From a candidate division WOR-3 bacterium (GTDB taxonomy: Bacteria > Hydrothermota > Hydrothermia > JBDRYB01), in assembly GCA_039803205.1 (NCBI GenBank), contig JBDRYB010000002.1, forward strand, positions 56,880 through 120,879: a stretch of 64,000 bases of DNA, written 5' to 3'. Numbering within the stretch: the first letter of the stretch is position 1; each line of letters begins with the position of its first letter. A program made the translations under genes and the position numbers. Under the pieces are notes generated by a model. The model did no database searches. It worked only from the letters and a program-made list of their open reading frames with translations, and was not told where the DNA came from. Positions 20,758-30,679 of the stretch are shown here, in pieces.

Positions 20758-22193
20758 TCCATATACTCAGCCTCGGGATACCCTTCCAGCTTGAACGATG
20801 TATCCGCTACCACGACCAAAACGAAGTTCTCCGGATCAAAGTATGACCTGGCCGCGGAATTGACCTCATCAAGGCTCAGGTTTGATATGGCGAGGATGTC
20901 CTCTATCCAGTATAGGTCCGGTAGTCCAAAAACCTTGCCTTGCATCACGAGGCCAGCGACCTGGCCGTATGTCTCGCCTGAGCGGGCTATTGATCCCCGG
21001 TAATACTTCTTCGCGGCCTCGAGCTCTTCCTGGGTGAAACCCTTGTTCCTCGCGTCCGCTATGAGGGAGAGGAGCTCGGATATCGCTTGATTCCCTGACG
21101 AGGTTTTGGTCTCAAGCCCAGCATAGAATATTCCCGGATAAACGCTATCGCCAAAGACGAACCCAGGGCTATAATAGCCGAATACGGAGTAAGCGAAGCC
21201 CAGCTCAACCCTTATCCTTTTGGTTATTCGGGATGAGAAGCCCGATCCACCCAGGATGTAATTCGCTGTCCTCAGAGCGTTGTAATCCGGCGATGTCCTC
21301 GTTATGCCCCTCGCGCCGAGGGCTATGTAGCACTGGTTTATCTCCGGCATCCTGACAACCTTAACACGCTTCCCCTCTATTTTTGGTGGAGGGGCAAGCG
21401 TTGGAAGGGGCTTTCCTGGGTTCTTCCATCCCCCAAGATGCCTCTCAACGAGGGAGACAGCCGAATCAGGAGGGAGGTCTGAAACCACTACAACCCTCGT
21501 TCTGGCAGGGCAATACCAATCCTTGTAAAACCCCTTCACATCCTCAAGGGTTATCCTTGAGACCGTGGAATCATAGCCTATGACAGGGTGAGCAAGGGGA
21601 TGTCCATCGTAGACTGTCTCATCAAAGCTCCAGTCTAGGACCGTGTTCGGGTCGCTCTTAGCTGAGTATATTGATGATACGGTCCTCTTTCTGAGCCTCG
21701 TGAACTCATCCTTCTTGAAGTCAGGTGAAGTGATAATTTTTGCAAGGACGCCGAGGAGCGCGTCCGTGTCCGTAGAAAGGCATTTAAGGGACAGCTCCGT
21801 GGATGCCTTTCCCACATTTATCCAGAACCTCGCGCCAACGCTCTCAAAGGTATCAGCTATATCCTCAGAGGAAAGTCCGCCAGCCCCCTCGTCAAGCATG
21901 TCTCCGGTCATCCCGGCCAGCCCCTCCTTACCAAGGGGATCCAGCACGCTCCCGGCCTCTATCTCCATCTCAAGGTGGAATATGGGGAGTTTTGATTTCC
22001 TGACGGCTATCACCAGAAGGCCATTATCAAGGGTTTTCTCCGTCTTCTCAAGCGTGAAGCGCTGAGGATCTAAACTCCAGGCCTTCGTCATATGGACCTC
22101 CGTCTTTTCGGGCCCGCAGGCCAGAAACGATCCGAGAAAAATGAAGGGCCAGAGCCGCATCAAGGCTTTTTCCGCAGGTTTTTCCTTCGTCAT
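20748..22193 (-). CDS. M16B peptidase, non-catalytic subunit (probable lipoprotein)
   Basis: M16 motifs GSVLDP, GLA, ILGGSGFSSR, RVELGFAYS; no HxxEH; FLAC lipobox-like. Confidence 0.9.
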   Translation of the reverse strand: MTKEKPAEKALMRLWPFIFLGSFLACGPEKTEVHMTKAWSLDPQRFTLEKTEKTLDNGLLVIAVRKSKLPIFHLEMEIEAGSVLDPLGKEGLAGMTGDMLDEGAGGLSSEDIADTFESVGARFWINVGKASTELSLKCLSTDTDALLGVLAKIITSPDFKKDEFTRLRKRTVSSIYSAKSDPNTVLDWSFDETVYDGHPLAHPVIGYDSTVSRITLEDVKGFYKDWYCPARTRVVVVSDLPPDSAVSLVERHLGGWKNPGKPLPTLAPPPKIEGKRVKVVRMPEINQCYIALGARGITRTSPDYNALRTANYILGGSGFSSRITKRIRVELGFAYSVFGYYSPGFVFGDSVYPGIFYAGLETKTSSGNQAISELLSLIADARNKGFTQEELEAAKKYYRGSIARSGETYGQVAGLVMQGKVFGLPDLYWIEDILAISNLSLDEVNSAARSYFDPENFVLVVVADTSFKLEGYPEAEYMDWK

Positions 22194-22201
22194 GGTGCTC
22201 C

Positions 22202-23557
22202 TTAGTATTTGAACTCCTTCTTCTGTCCCTCCTCCATCATCTTTATATATTCTCCTATGTCTTCTGGCGCCTTGGGCAGTAGGACTACGACTGACCTGTT
22301 TTCCTGGGTTAGATATTTCCTCGCCACATTCATGATCTCTTCGGCCGTCACAGCGGCAACCCTTTCCGGATAACGATTTATGTAATCAGGATCCCCCTGT
22401 ATAGCGGCAGCGTTCCCTATTGAGAAAGCCGTGCCAGCCGCGGATTCCTGCTCATAGATGTTTTCGGCTATGGCCTGCCTTGCGGCCTTCCTCAGCTCCT
22501 CCTCAGAAACCCCTCCCTCTTTGATCCTGATGATCTCCTTATCTATGATCTTCTCAACATCCTTTGGGTCCTTGCCCTGCTGGAGCACGGCGCCGACGAC
22601 AAGGAGCCCTGGGTCCACGCTCTCATCCGTATATGCCCAGACAGATGTGGCTAGCTCCTGATCCCTCACTATCTCTCTGTATAGACGGGAGCTCTTTCCG
22701 CCGCCAAGAAGGGTGGCCAGCACATCAAGGGCAGGTATGTCCGGATGGGTGGCCTCAGGGATATGGTATGCGGAGAGGTAGATGCTCATGAACCCCTCTT
22801 TGTGGACAACAGTCCGCCTCTCGCCTTTCTGCGGAGGTTCCTTGGCTGTGACTGGGGGAACTGGAACCAAAGGCCTCGGTATCTTCCCAAAGTGTTTCTT
22901 CGCCATCTCAAACGCGTCCTCGGCCCTCACATCTCCAGCTATGACTAGGATGGCATTGTCGGGCCTGTAGAATGTCTCGTAAAATCTCCTTGTATCATCA
23001 AGGGTAATTGAGGCTATGACAGAACCCCAGCCAATAACAGGATGCCTGTATGGGTGAACCATGTATGCCGTTGCCCAGAGGTTTTCCCAAGCGGTTCCGA
23101 AAGGGCTATTGTCCGTTCGCCACCTCCTCTCTTCCATGACCACATCGCGCTCCGCGAGGAATTCGTTAAATACCAGGTTGACCATCCTGTCGGCCTCCAT
23201 CATGAGGGGCACATCCAAGGCATCCGCGGGCACAACGCAGTGATACACCGTGACATCCCTATCAGTGAAAGCATTATCCGAGCCACCAAGCTGATCTATT
23301 ATCTCCGAATAATTGCCCTGAACCCCGGCTGATCCCTTGAACATCATGTGCTCGGTCAGGTGAGCGAGGCCTGTCTCATTGTAGCTTTCGTTCCTGGAAC
23401 CAACTTTATACCACACCTGGACAGCCACAACCGGCGCGGAGTGATCCTCCACCACTATGACCATAAGGCCATTATCGAGGGTCTTTGTCTTGAACCTTAC
23501 AGGCAAAACCTCAGGTAGCTCTGTTGCCGCGATCATCATAAAAATTGCTCCTGTCAA
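22202..23557 (-). CDS. M16B zinc peptidase, catalytic subunit
   Basis: GLAHLTEHMMFKG, NAFT, ERDVVMEERR, HPYRHPVIGW. Confidence 0.95.
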   Translation of the reverse strand: MTGAIFMMIAATELPEVLPVRFKTKTLDNGLMVIVVEDHSAPVVAVQVWYKVGSRNESYNETGLAHLTEHMMFKGSAGVQGNYSEIIDQLGGSDNAFTDRDVTVYHCVVPADALDVPLMMEADRMVNLVFNEFLAERDVVMEERRWRTDNSPFGTAWENLWATAYMVHPYRHPVIGWGSVIASITLDDTRRFYETFYRPDNAILVIAGDVRAEDAFEMAKKHFGKIPRPLVPVPPVTAKEPPQKGERRTVVHKEGFMSIYLSAYHIPEATHPDIPALDVLATLLGGGKSSRLYREIVRDQELATSVWAYTDESVDPGLLVVGAVLQQGKDPKDVEKIIDKEIIRIKEGGVSEEELRKAARQAIAENIYEQESAAGTAFSIGNAAAIQGDPDYINRYPERVAAVTAEEIMNVARKYLTQENRSVVVLLPKAPEDIGEYIKMMEEGQKKEFKY

Positions 23558-23653
23558 AGCAGGACCTCCTATGGCTTGAAATTATAAAGCTTTTAGCCTG
23601 GACAGGCCAATTGCCATGCAAATGTCCGGACCCTAGCTTTATCCTTTTGGGCT

Positions 23654-24379
23654 ATGAACTGGCAGGACCTATCCACTTACGAGCATGGGAAGCTCAGGTT
23701 TGAGGCCGCAATATTGCCCATAGGAACCCTTGAGGCCCACGACGGCGGGCCTGTTGGAACGGACAACTTCATTCCGGATGCCATATGCGAAAGGCTCTCT
23801 GAGCGCCTCGGCATCCCCAAGCTTCCCCTCATGCCCTATGGGGTAACGAATTCCCTGTTGTCCTATCCTGGCAGTTGTTCACTCACCGATCCGGTTCTTG
23901 AGGGCTTCATCTACGAGCTGGGGAAGACCTTAGCCAGGAACGGGCTCAGGTATCTCTTTGTCATAAACGGGCACGGCGGCAACACCGACCCACTGAGAGC
24001 GGGCGCGCGAAAGGTATTCCGTGAGGCAGGGCTCTTTGTTGCGGTAATAGACTGGTGGGTTGAGACCAGGCGACACGCTGAGGAGATATTCGGCAAGGAA
24101 GGCATGGGCCACTCGGCCATTGACGAAATGGGCGCCCTTTTGGGATTCTGCCCGCGGTTCAGGGATTCTCTGCCAAAGGGAGAAGTTCCCGCTTACTACT
24201 ACTGGCAAGGGGTGAGGGTGTATCCGGTTCCGAGGCCTGTTATAGTCTACGAGAACCCAGAGGAAAGGGTGGATTTTTCAAGGCTTAGTCCAGAAAGGTG
24301 CTCTGAGTTCGCTGATAGGATAACGGATGTGATGGAGAGGGTGATAAGGGACATACTCGCGGGTTGGAGGGAGATATGA
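23654..24379 (+). CDS. Creatininase/amidohydrolase family protein
   Basis: LPIGTLEAH, GTD, INGHGGN, GHSAIDE. Confidence 0.9.
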   Translation: MNWQDLSTYEHGKLRFEAAILPIGTLEAHDGGPVGTDNFIPDAICERLSERLGIPKLPLMPYGVTNSLLSYPGSCSLTDPVLEGFIYELGKTLARNGLRYLFVINGHGGNTDPLRAGARKVFREAGLFVAVIDWWVETRRHAEEIFGKEGMGHSAIDEMGALLGFCPRFRDSLPKGEVPAYYYWQGVRVYPVPRPVIVYENPEERVDFSRLSPERCSEFADRITDVMERVIRDILAGWREI

Positions 24380-25491
24380 AGGTTGAGTTCTTCAGGCACT
24401 CTTTGGGCGAGGATGAGAAGAAGGCCGTTCTCGAGGCCTTGGATGGCATATTTCTCACAACCGGCCCGGCGAACGCTGAGTTTGAGAGATTGTTCTCGGA
24501 GTATCTCGGCGTCCCGTATACCGTAACGGTCAACTCGTGCACTGGCGGCCTTCACATTGCCCTTCTGGCTTTGGGTCTGAGGCCCGGAGACGAGGTCATA
24601 ACAACCCCCATGAGCTTCATCGCGACTTCAAACGCGGTTCTACATGCCGGCGGAATCCCTCGTTTCGTTGATGTTGAGCCAGAGACCGGGCTTATTGATC
24701 CGGATCTGATAGAGGAGGCAATAACCCCAAAGACTAAGGGTATTATCCCGGTGCACTTATACGGCCAGATGGCGGACATGAAAGCGATTAGGGAAATAGC
24801 GGACAGGCACGGGCTTTTCGTGCTTGAGGACTCAGCGCATGCCATTGAAGCGGAAAGGGATGGGGTAAGGCCAGGCCAAAAAGGGGACATGGCCGCGTTC
24901 AGCTTCTACGCTACAAAGGTCATAACCTGCGGGGAGGGAGGTGCGATAACGGCGCACACCCGCGAGCAAGACGATCTCCTCCGGAAGCTCAGGCTTCACG
25001 GGATGAGCGCTGGAGCGGCAGACAGATACTCAGGCCTATACAAGCACTGGGAGATGGAGCTCCTCGGCTGGAAGTATAACATGACGAACTTTCAGGCCGC
25101 GATGCTCATCCCTCAATTGCCGAAGATGGAAGCCTGGCGGGCGAGGAGGGAGGAGATCTGCCGGAGATACGAAGAGGCCTTCTCAAAAGCCGGTATAGGT
25201 TTTCCCGAGGTTGTTCCCGGCTCAAGGTCATCTCGGCACCTATTCACGATATGGGTTGAGGATAGGGACAGGGTTCTCTCGGAGCTCGGAAAGCGAGGGG
25301 TTGGCGTCGCGGTCAACTACAGAGCCATTCACCTGAGGAAATACTACACGGAGCGCTTCGGCTACAAACCAGGGATGTTCCCTGTGGCCGAGAAGATAGG
25401 GGACATGACAATAAGCCTTCCCCTTTATCCGGACCTGAAGGATGAGGAGGCCGATTATGTGATTGATTGTGTGAGGGAGGTTGTGGGGTAG
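24376..25491 (+). CDS. DegT/DnrJ/EryC1/StrS PLP-dependent aminotransferase
   Basis: NSCTGGLHIAL, PVHLYGQ, EDSAHA, FSFYATKVITCGEGG, SLPLYP. Confidence 0.95.
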   Translation: MKVEFFRHSLGEDEKKAVLEALDGIFLTTGPANAEFERLFSEYLGVPYTVTVNSCTGGLHIALLALGLRPGDEVITTPMSFIATSNAVLHAGGIPRFVDVEPETGLIDPDLIEEAITPKTKGIIPVHLYGQMADMKAIREIADRHGLFVLEDSAHAIEAERDGVRPGQKGDMAAFSFYATKVITCGEGGAITAHTREQDDLLRKLRLHGMSAGAADRYSGLYKHWEMELLGWKYNMTNFQAAMLIPQLPKMEAWRARREEICRRYEEAFSKAGIGFPEVVPGSRSSRHLFTIWVEDRDRVLSELGKRGVGVAVNYRAIHLRKYYTERFGYKPGMFPVAEKIGDMTISLPLYPDLKDEEADYVIDCVREVVG

Positions 25492-25501
25492 TTTAAGCGC
25501 T

Positions 25502-26854
25502 TTATTGCCAAAATAGTCTCAGTCCCCCTTTGAAAAACAATCCTGATACCCCATTTCCATCTATATGTAACCAGTTTTCTATCCTTCTGTATCCCACCAT
25601 GAGGTCAGACCCCATGGGCCCCCTGATCCAAGAAGCCCTGACCCATCCCCTCGCCTCGGTTTGAACCGGAGGCACGAGGAAGTTCTCCTTTGGAAAGCCC
25701 AGGTAATATGGCATTTTCTCGTGGACAGAGCCAGCCCCGTCCTGGGTGAAGGATAAGCCGAGCGTAATCCTGGTCACGGGCCTCGCCTGCCACTCCAGCT
25801 CAGCCAGAAACCTCTGAAAATCAGAGCCGAGGGGGTGACCGTATGGCCAGGCTCTGTAGATGGCCTTTGTGGTCCTCAGCCTTGAGTTGAATGTCCAGCG
25901 CGTTGCCGCCGAGTAATCCATTCTGAGGATGAGAGGGCCCGCGGACTTCATGGCGCCAAAAGCAAGAGCGAATTGATTGGGGTCCCATATGGTATCAGGA
26001 ACATACTGGAAATCATCAATGTAGAACTCGCCATACAGAAGGAGGCCGGGAAGGCTGAGGGTTGCGTCCAGGTCCCACGCGTAGTCGTCCTCGTGCTGGA
26101 AGGAGCCGGTCCAGGAGTAGGCGTAGTATATGGGAAATGGGTTGAAGTATTGGAGCGAAGGTCCGCCCTCCTCCCTCGCGTATCTGACCGTTTCTGACCA
26201 CGCCATGTTTAGCCTTCCGAGAATGAGAAACTCAACCCTATGGCCGTTTATGAAGCGCTGGTATTCGGTTCTATGCTGGAGGTTCTCCGAGGTGTCTATG
26301 ACATCCTCTATGGGATAGGGGTCCAAAACGCCGAAGAATAGTGAAATCCTCATGAAAGAACATCGCCACGCTATCTCGCCGCAATCAAATGGAGGGAAAT
26401 TTCCTCCATCAAACATCAGCCTGTTGGCCAGAGGCGGTCCCCAGGAAACAGGCGCCCTTCCCCAGTAGCCTGATAGGTTCCCGTTTTGAAAGCCGACAAA
26501 AGCCCTCATCCAATCAGAACGGATCCCCTTCCACCTCGCCGGATATAGGGAATCGTTTCCAATCCAGATGAATGGCTCAGCAGAAGCGAAAAGGGCACCA
26601 TTTTCGTGGGAAAGCGATGCTGTGCCTGAGAGGCGTTGGAATGTGTCGGATTCGTAACCAGCGGCCGCAGAGAATCTCGGCGAGGCACACCTGAGCTCTT
26701 CCCACAGAGAGCCTTCTCCAATCACGGTATCAGGGAGGACAAAAGGCATGGTCCAGTAGAAACCAGGGGGCAGTTCTCCTGAGAGGATGAGCCTCGCGAT
26801 CTCAGCATCCCCGTGTCCAGGTGTTATTACCAAAGCCAAAAGCAAAACCTGCAC
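25502..26854 (-). CDS. Capsule assembly Wzi-like outer-membrane protein
   Basis: GRAPVSWGP, GHRVEF, WSETVRY, YFNP, YGEFYIDD, GHPLGSD; aromatic C-terminus. Confidence 0.7.
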   Translation of the reverse strand: MQVLLLALVITPGHGDAEIARLILSGELPPGFYWTMPFVLPDTVIGEGSLWEELRCASPRFSAAAGYESDTFQRLSGTASLSHENGALFASAEPFIWIGNDSLYPARWKGIRSDWMRAFVGFQNGNLSGYWGRAPVSWGPPLANRLMFDGGNFPPFDCGEIAWRCSFMRISLFFGVLDPYPIEDVIDTSENLQHRTEYQRFINGHRVEFLILGRLNMAWSETVRYAREEGGPSLQYFNPFPIYYAYSWTGSFQHEDDYAWDLDATLSLPGLLLYGEFYIDDFQYVPDTIWDPNQFALAFGAMKSAGPLILRMDYSAATRWTFNSRLRTTKAIYRAWPYGHPLGSDFQRFLAELEWQARPVTRITLGLSFTQDGAGSVHEKMPYYLGFPKENFLVPPVQTEARGWVRASWIRGPMGSDLMVGYRRIENWLHIDGNGVSGLFFKGGLRLFWQ

Positions 26855-26921
26855 TCCAAGATTTTAAGGCAACGGCCCCCCCTGTTGCCACAGCAGAGGC
26901 CGAGGGATTAAAATTATCGTT

Positions 26922-27749
26922 ATGAGCAAAGGGTTCTGGTTCCAGGAGATGCACTCGGGTTCGTCCGGGCTCATTCTGGGCGTCTCAAGGCTTATTTTCT
27001 CTCACGAATCCCGTTACCAAAAGATAGAGATATTTGAGAACGACTTCTTCGGTAGGGTTCTCGTTCTTGATGGCTATGTCATGACAACTGAGCGAGATGA
27101 GTTCATATACCACGAGGCCCTCGTTCATCCTGCCATGCTCGTCCATCCAAATCCCCAGGAGGTCCTCATCATAGGCGGAGGTGATGGGGGCGCGCTCAGG
27201 GAGGTTCTCAGGTATCCTGTCCGGAAGGCCGTTCTCGTTGAGATAGACCAGGCCGTTGTTGATTCCGCAAAGGCTTATCTACCAAAGCTCTCCTTGGGAT
27301 TCTCCGATCCGAGGGCCCTTGCCCTATACGAGGATGGGTTTGAGTTCATGCGCCGAACCCCGCCGGAGTCATACGATGTGATAATCGTTGATTCGCCGGA
27401 TCCGGTTGGCTCGGCCAAATCCCTTTTCACCAAGGAGTTCTACAGGGAGGCCCAAAAGGTTCTCTCAAAGCCTGGCGCCCTGGTTGTTCAGGCCGAATCC
27501 CCATTTTATCATATGGAAACCATAAAGGAAATGAAGAGGTCCCTGCTTGCTGTCTTCGGGGAGGTCAACTTCTACACATCTCCCGCGCCGAGCTATCCTG
27601 GGGGCTGGTGGTGCTATGCTCTTTGTCTCAAGGGCATAGATGGGCTTGAACCGAAACGCGAGCCTCCTGAGGGGCTTCGCTATTACAACCACCGTGTTCA
27701 CAGGGCTGGCTTTGCTCTGCCGGAATTTCTCAGGAAGGACTTGATGTGA
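26922..27749 (+). CDS. speE: Polyamine aminopropyltransferase (spermidine synthase)
   Basis: LVLDG, DEFIYHE, LIIGGGDGG, VEID, IIVDSPDP, PSYPGG. Confidence 0.95.
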   Translation: MSKGFWFQEMHSGSSGLILGVSRLIFSHESRYQKIEIFENDFFGRVLVLDGYVMTTERDEFIYHEALVHPAMLVHPNPQEVLIIGGGDGGALREVLRYPVRKAVLVEIDQAVVDSAKAYLPKLSLGFSDPRALALYEDGFEFMRRTPPESYDVIIVDSPDPVGSAKSLFTKEFYREAQKVLSKPGALVVQAESPFYHMETIKEMKRSLLAVFGEVNFYTSPAPSYPGGWWCYALCLKGIDGLEPKREPPEGLRYYNHRVHRAGFALPEFLRKDLM

Positions 27750-27759
27750 GAGAAAAAGT

Positions 27760-28209
27760 ATGAGCAGTTCTTCACAGGAAGAGCTTCTGGATGAGGTCAA
27801 GAGGTTGGGGGAGAGAATCAGATCCGCTGACAAGCATCTGCCGGCGGATTTTTACGAGGTTCTCCAGGCGCTCGAGGAGGAGGGAGAGTATGAACAAACA
27901 TTCTCTATTACCATTGAAGGCGAGGAAATAACGCTTCGTCTCAACATCAGGGCAAAAGACAAGAAAAGGCCATCATCTTGGCAGGTAGCCCTGAAATTCC
28001 ATAATAAGCGAGTGGATTGCATTGATTATGAGCCCGGGCTTGGCTGGCACCAGCACGGATGGAACAGGGAAACCCTGGCCGAAAAAGAGAAAACTTCTCT
28101 CCCTGAAATGACTAACAAAATGTCTGACCGTTACCAAGCCACACTTGAAAACTGGCTTCGCCTGGCATTATCATTAATGAAAATAACCACAAGGAGGCTG
28201 AGGACATGA
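27760..28209 (+). CDS. Hypothetical protein with WHxHxW motif, partner of the DUF1828-like gene
   Basis: Clean 149-aa ORF; ATGA-coupled to the next gene. Confidence 0.65.
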   Translation: MSSSSQEELLDEVKRLGERIRSADKHLPADFYEVLQALEEEGEYEQTFSITIEGEEITLRLNIRAKDKKRPSSWQVALKFHNKRVDCIDYEPGLGWHQHGWNRETLAEKEKTSLPEMTNKMSDRYQATLENWLRLALSLMKITTRRLRT

Positions 28210-29066
28210 TCGGAGAGGCCATCAGGATCAGCCTGGAAAGGGCCAGGAAGCTTGTCGGAAAGCTTAATTGCTTTAAGCTCCACGAGGAGTGGTGGGGCAT
28301 CCATATTCTGACCGGCATCCCCACCTTTGATGAGGAGATTTCTCTGCTCCTAGAAGAGGTGGCGACCCAGGATCTTTTCAGAGGCAAGAACATGCTTAAA
28401 GTCTCGGATGGGGGCGCGACCCTGGCCTCACTTTTTGTGCGAGGGCTTCATTTGGATCCGGCAAGGGTAAGGAAGCTCAACATCATCTTGGAGCATTTCG
28501 GGATCAAGCAAGGTTCTGGAGACGAACTCTATGTGTTCACTTCAGAGGAGGAACTAGAACCTTCAATCAAGAGGCTCCTCGCGGCTATCCTTACCGTTCA
28601 CGCCCTTTACCTGGAACATATCTTGAAGCCTTATGAAAAAGAGGAACGGGAGCTGACTATTGCCTTCCGTGGGTGGTATGAAGATAAACCTGAGCCGTTC
28701 AGGAAAGAGAACCAGCTCATTATTCCGGAGCATCACCGGGAGATAATCGGAACCCAGAGCAGAACCCCCCACAGGATTGATTATGGCCTCTGGAGTAGCA
28801 AACCGGTTTTTGTGGCCAGGGTTGTTCAACCCTATGATTACAGCTACAACGGGTTCTGGTTCTTCAGCCTTGATGTACAGGAGGTTCCGAAGATGGCAAT
28901 TCTCCTCCAGCCAGAGAAGTGGCGAGGCAGGGCCCTTGAGGTTTTGGAAAATCTCTCCAAGCAGGATTTGATAAACGCAGTGGTGAGGTGGGAAGGAGCG
29001 GAAAGCACGGGGGAGCTCCGTGAGAAGACTGATGAGATCCTGGAGATCGTAGGGAAAAGAATTTAG
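28206..29066 (+). CDS. DUF1828-like N-terminal domain plus restriction-nuclease-like (DUF1829-type) C-terminal domain
   Basis: KVSDGGATLASLFVRG; ILEHFGI; IIGTQSRTPHRIDY. Confidence 0.6.
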   Translation: MIGEAIRISLERARKLVGKLNCFKLHEEWWGIHILTGIPTFDEEISLLLEEVATQDLFRGKNMLKVSDGGATLASLFVRGLHLDPARVRKLNIILEHFGIKQGSGDELYVFTSEEELEPSIKRLLAAILTVHALYLEHILKPYEKEERELTIAFRGWYEDKPEPFRKENQLIIPEHHREIIGTQSRTPHRIDYGLWSSKPVFVARVVQPYDYSYNGFWFFSLDVQEVPKMAILLQPEKWRGRALEVLENLSKQDLINAVVRWEGAESTGELREKTDEILEIVGKRI

Positions 29067-29087
29067 AGGATACAGAGGCCAAAAAAC

Positions 29088-29556
29088 ATGGCATCGCGGG
29101 CAATGAGAAATCCTAAAGAGAAACCGAAGGATGTTGATGAAATCATAGGTGCGCACGGGGCATTAACTGGCGGCAGAGTGGGTACGCCGCTAGGAAAAAG
29201 GGGGAGCGTTGACAAGAGCAGGCGTTATTTTATTTGCGGCCACTACGGGAGCTTTTGTTGAAGAGCGTGACGAAGAGGCCGCTCCATTGATACTGACTGG
29301 TGCAACTTCCAATCGGTTGAATTCACTGTTTGAGAACGCCAACAAAAAACTCAATAACGCTGGTGCCCACAAAACCAACATGCTTTACCTTAATCTTGGT
29401 ATACCATGGATATTAAACAGGAGTAGGTGGCTAAGATTCTCAAATAACAGGTTCCAAACAAGCTTGGAAAGACTTGTGGAAACAATAGGGCAAATTGCCT
29501 ATCGTGGAAGCTCGCGTCTAGACTTATGGCGCTTATGGGTTGGAAAACATGGTTAG
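29088..29556 (+). pseudogene. Degraded HEPN-domain gene
   Basis: ATG 29088 frame (DVDEIIGAHGALTGG) shifts near 29195-29205 into GALTRAGVILFAATTGAFVEE...; R-x4-H position reads I-GQIA-Y. Confidence 0.55.
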
Positions 29557-29648
29557 TCATTACGCAGAAAGGATAGAGAAGACTGTGGCCGACCACATAG
29601 AGCAACAAACGGGGGTTAGGTCTAATTGGTAAAACAGGAGGCAAAACC

Positions 29649-29942
29649 ATGTCCCTGAAACCCCCTAAGTATGTGAGGACAGTCCGCGAGCTTATTTACG
29701 GGCTCTACGCGGAGGGTTTTGGGGGCAATTACGGTTTTGTCGTGTCCCGGTTCAAAAAGCTGAAATCCGGGGAGAACTCAAGGGATTGGCAGAAGGAACT
29801 TGAGAAGGGGAAGATATGCGCCTACTGCGGAACTGATAAGAACCTCACGCTTGATCACATAATCCCCATATCAAGGGCAATTGGGGTCATGGACATATAC
29901 GACCTGGGGGTGGTGATAACATATAAAAAGGGCAAAAAATGA
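29649..29942 (+). pseudogene. HNH endonuclease, truncated/internally deleted
   Basis: CAYCG...LTLDHIIPISR present; the N and CxxCN half of the HNH site is missing. Confidence 0.65.
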
Positions 29943-30679
29943 CCAATCTTTTCGGAATCCCTTATGAGGGAAGGGTCAACTTCACCAGAGGGGCCTTCCT
30001 CGGGCCCGCTCATACCCGTTTCTGGCTTGAGTCTCTTGAGGATTTCAGCCCGTATCAAGGAAAGGATCTGGAATATTCTGAGCTCGGCGACCTTTATCCG
30101 CCATCCGGATTATCCGGGGAGGAATTCACGGCCTGGTGCGCCGAAGCCCTCAACTCGTGGGCCGTAGAGCCCCCATTCCTCGCGCTCGGAGGGGACCACA
30201 CCATAACCCTGCCACTTTGCCTTTATCTGAGGGAAAAGCTGGGGGGGTTCACGGTTTTATACCTTGATGCTCACCTTGACGCGAGGGATGAGTTCCAGGG
30301 CGAGAGGTTCTGCCACGCGACTGTTGGGAAGAGGCTCTCGGACGAGGGATTTGAGGTTCTGGCCCTTGGTTGGAGGTCCTTGGCTCCGGGGGAGGAGGGC
30401 CCTAATGAGAATGCCGTGTTTGAAAGGCTATCTTCCCTGAAGAAATGCTATCTGAGTCTTGATCTTGATGTCCTTGATCCATCGGTTTTCCCAGGGGTCT
30501 CAAACCCCGAGCCAGGGGGAATGTCCTTTGGGGAGCTAATTGGTTTGATCCAGGGCCTCAGGGGCAAGATAATATCAGCCGACATGGTTGAGTATAACCC
30601 GAGGGAGGACCCCGGGCCTGCCTCAGGAGGCATAGCCGCAACCATCGCCAGGGAGGTCCTCATATCGCTATCACGATGA
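29939..30679 (+). CDS. speB: Agmatinase (arginase/ureohydrolase family)
   Basis: LGGDHTIT, DAHLD, SLDLDVLDP, PEPGG, VEYNP; downstream of speE. Confidence 0.88.
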   Translation: MTNLFGIPYEGRVNFTRGAFLGPAHTRFWLESLEDFSPYQGKDLEYSELGDLYPPSGLSGEEFTAWCAEALNSWAVEPPFLALGGDHTITLPLCLYLREKLGGFTVLYLDAHLDARDEFQGERFCHATVGKRLSDEGFEVLALGWRSLAPGEEGPNENAVFERLSSLKKCYLSLDLDVLDPSVFPGVSNPEPGGMSFGELIGLIQGLRGKIISADMVEYNPREDPGPASGGIAATIAREVLISLSR

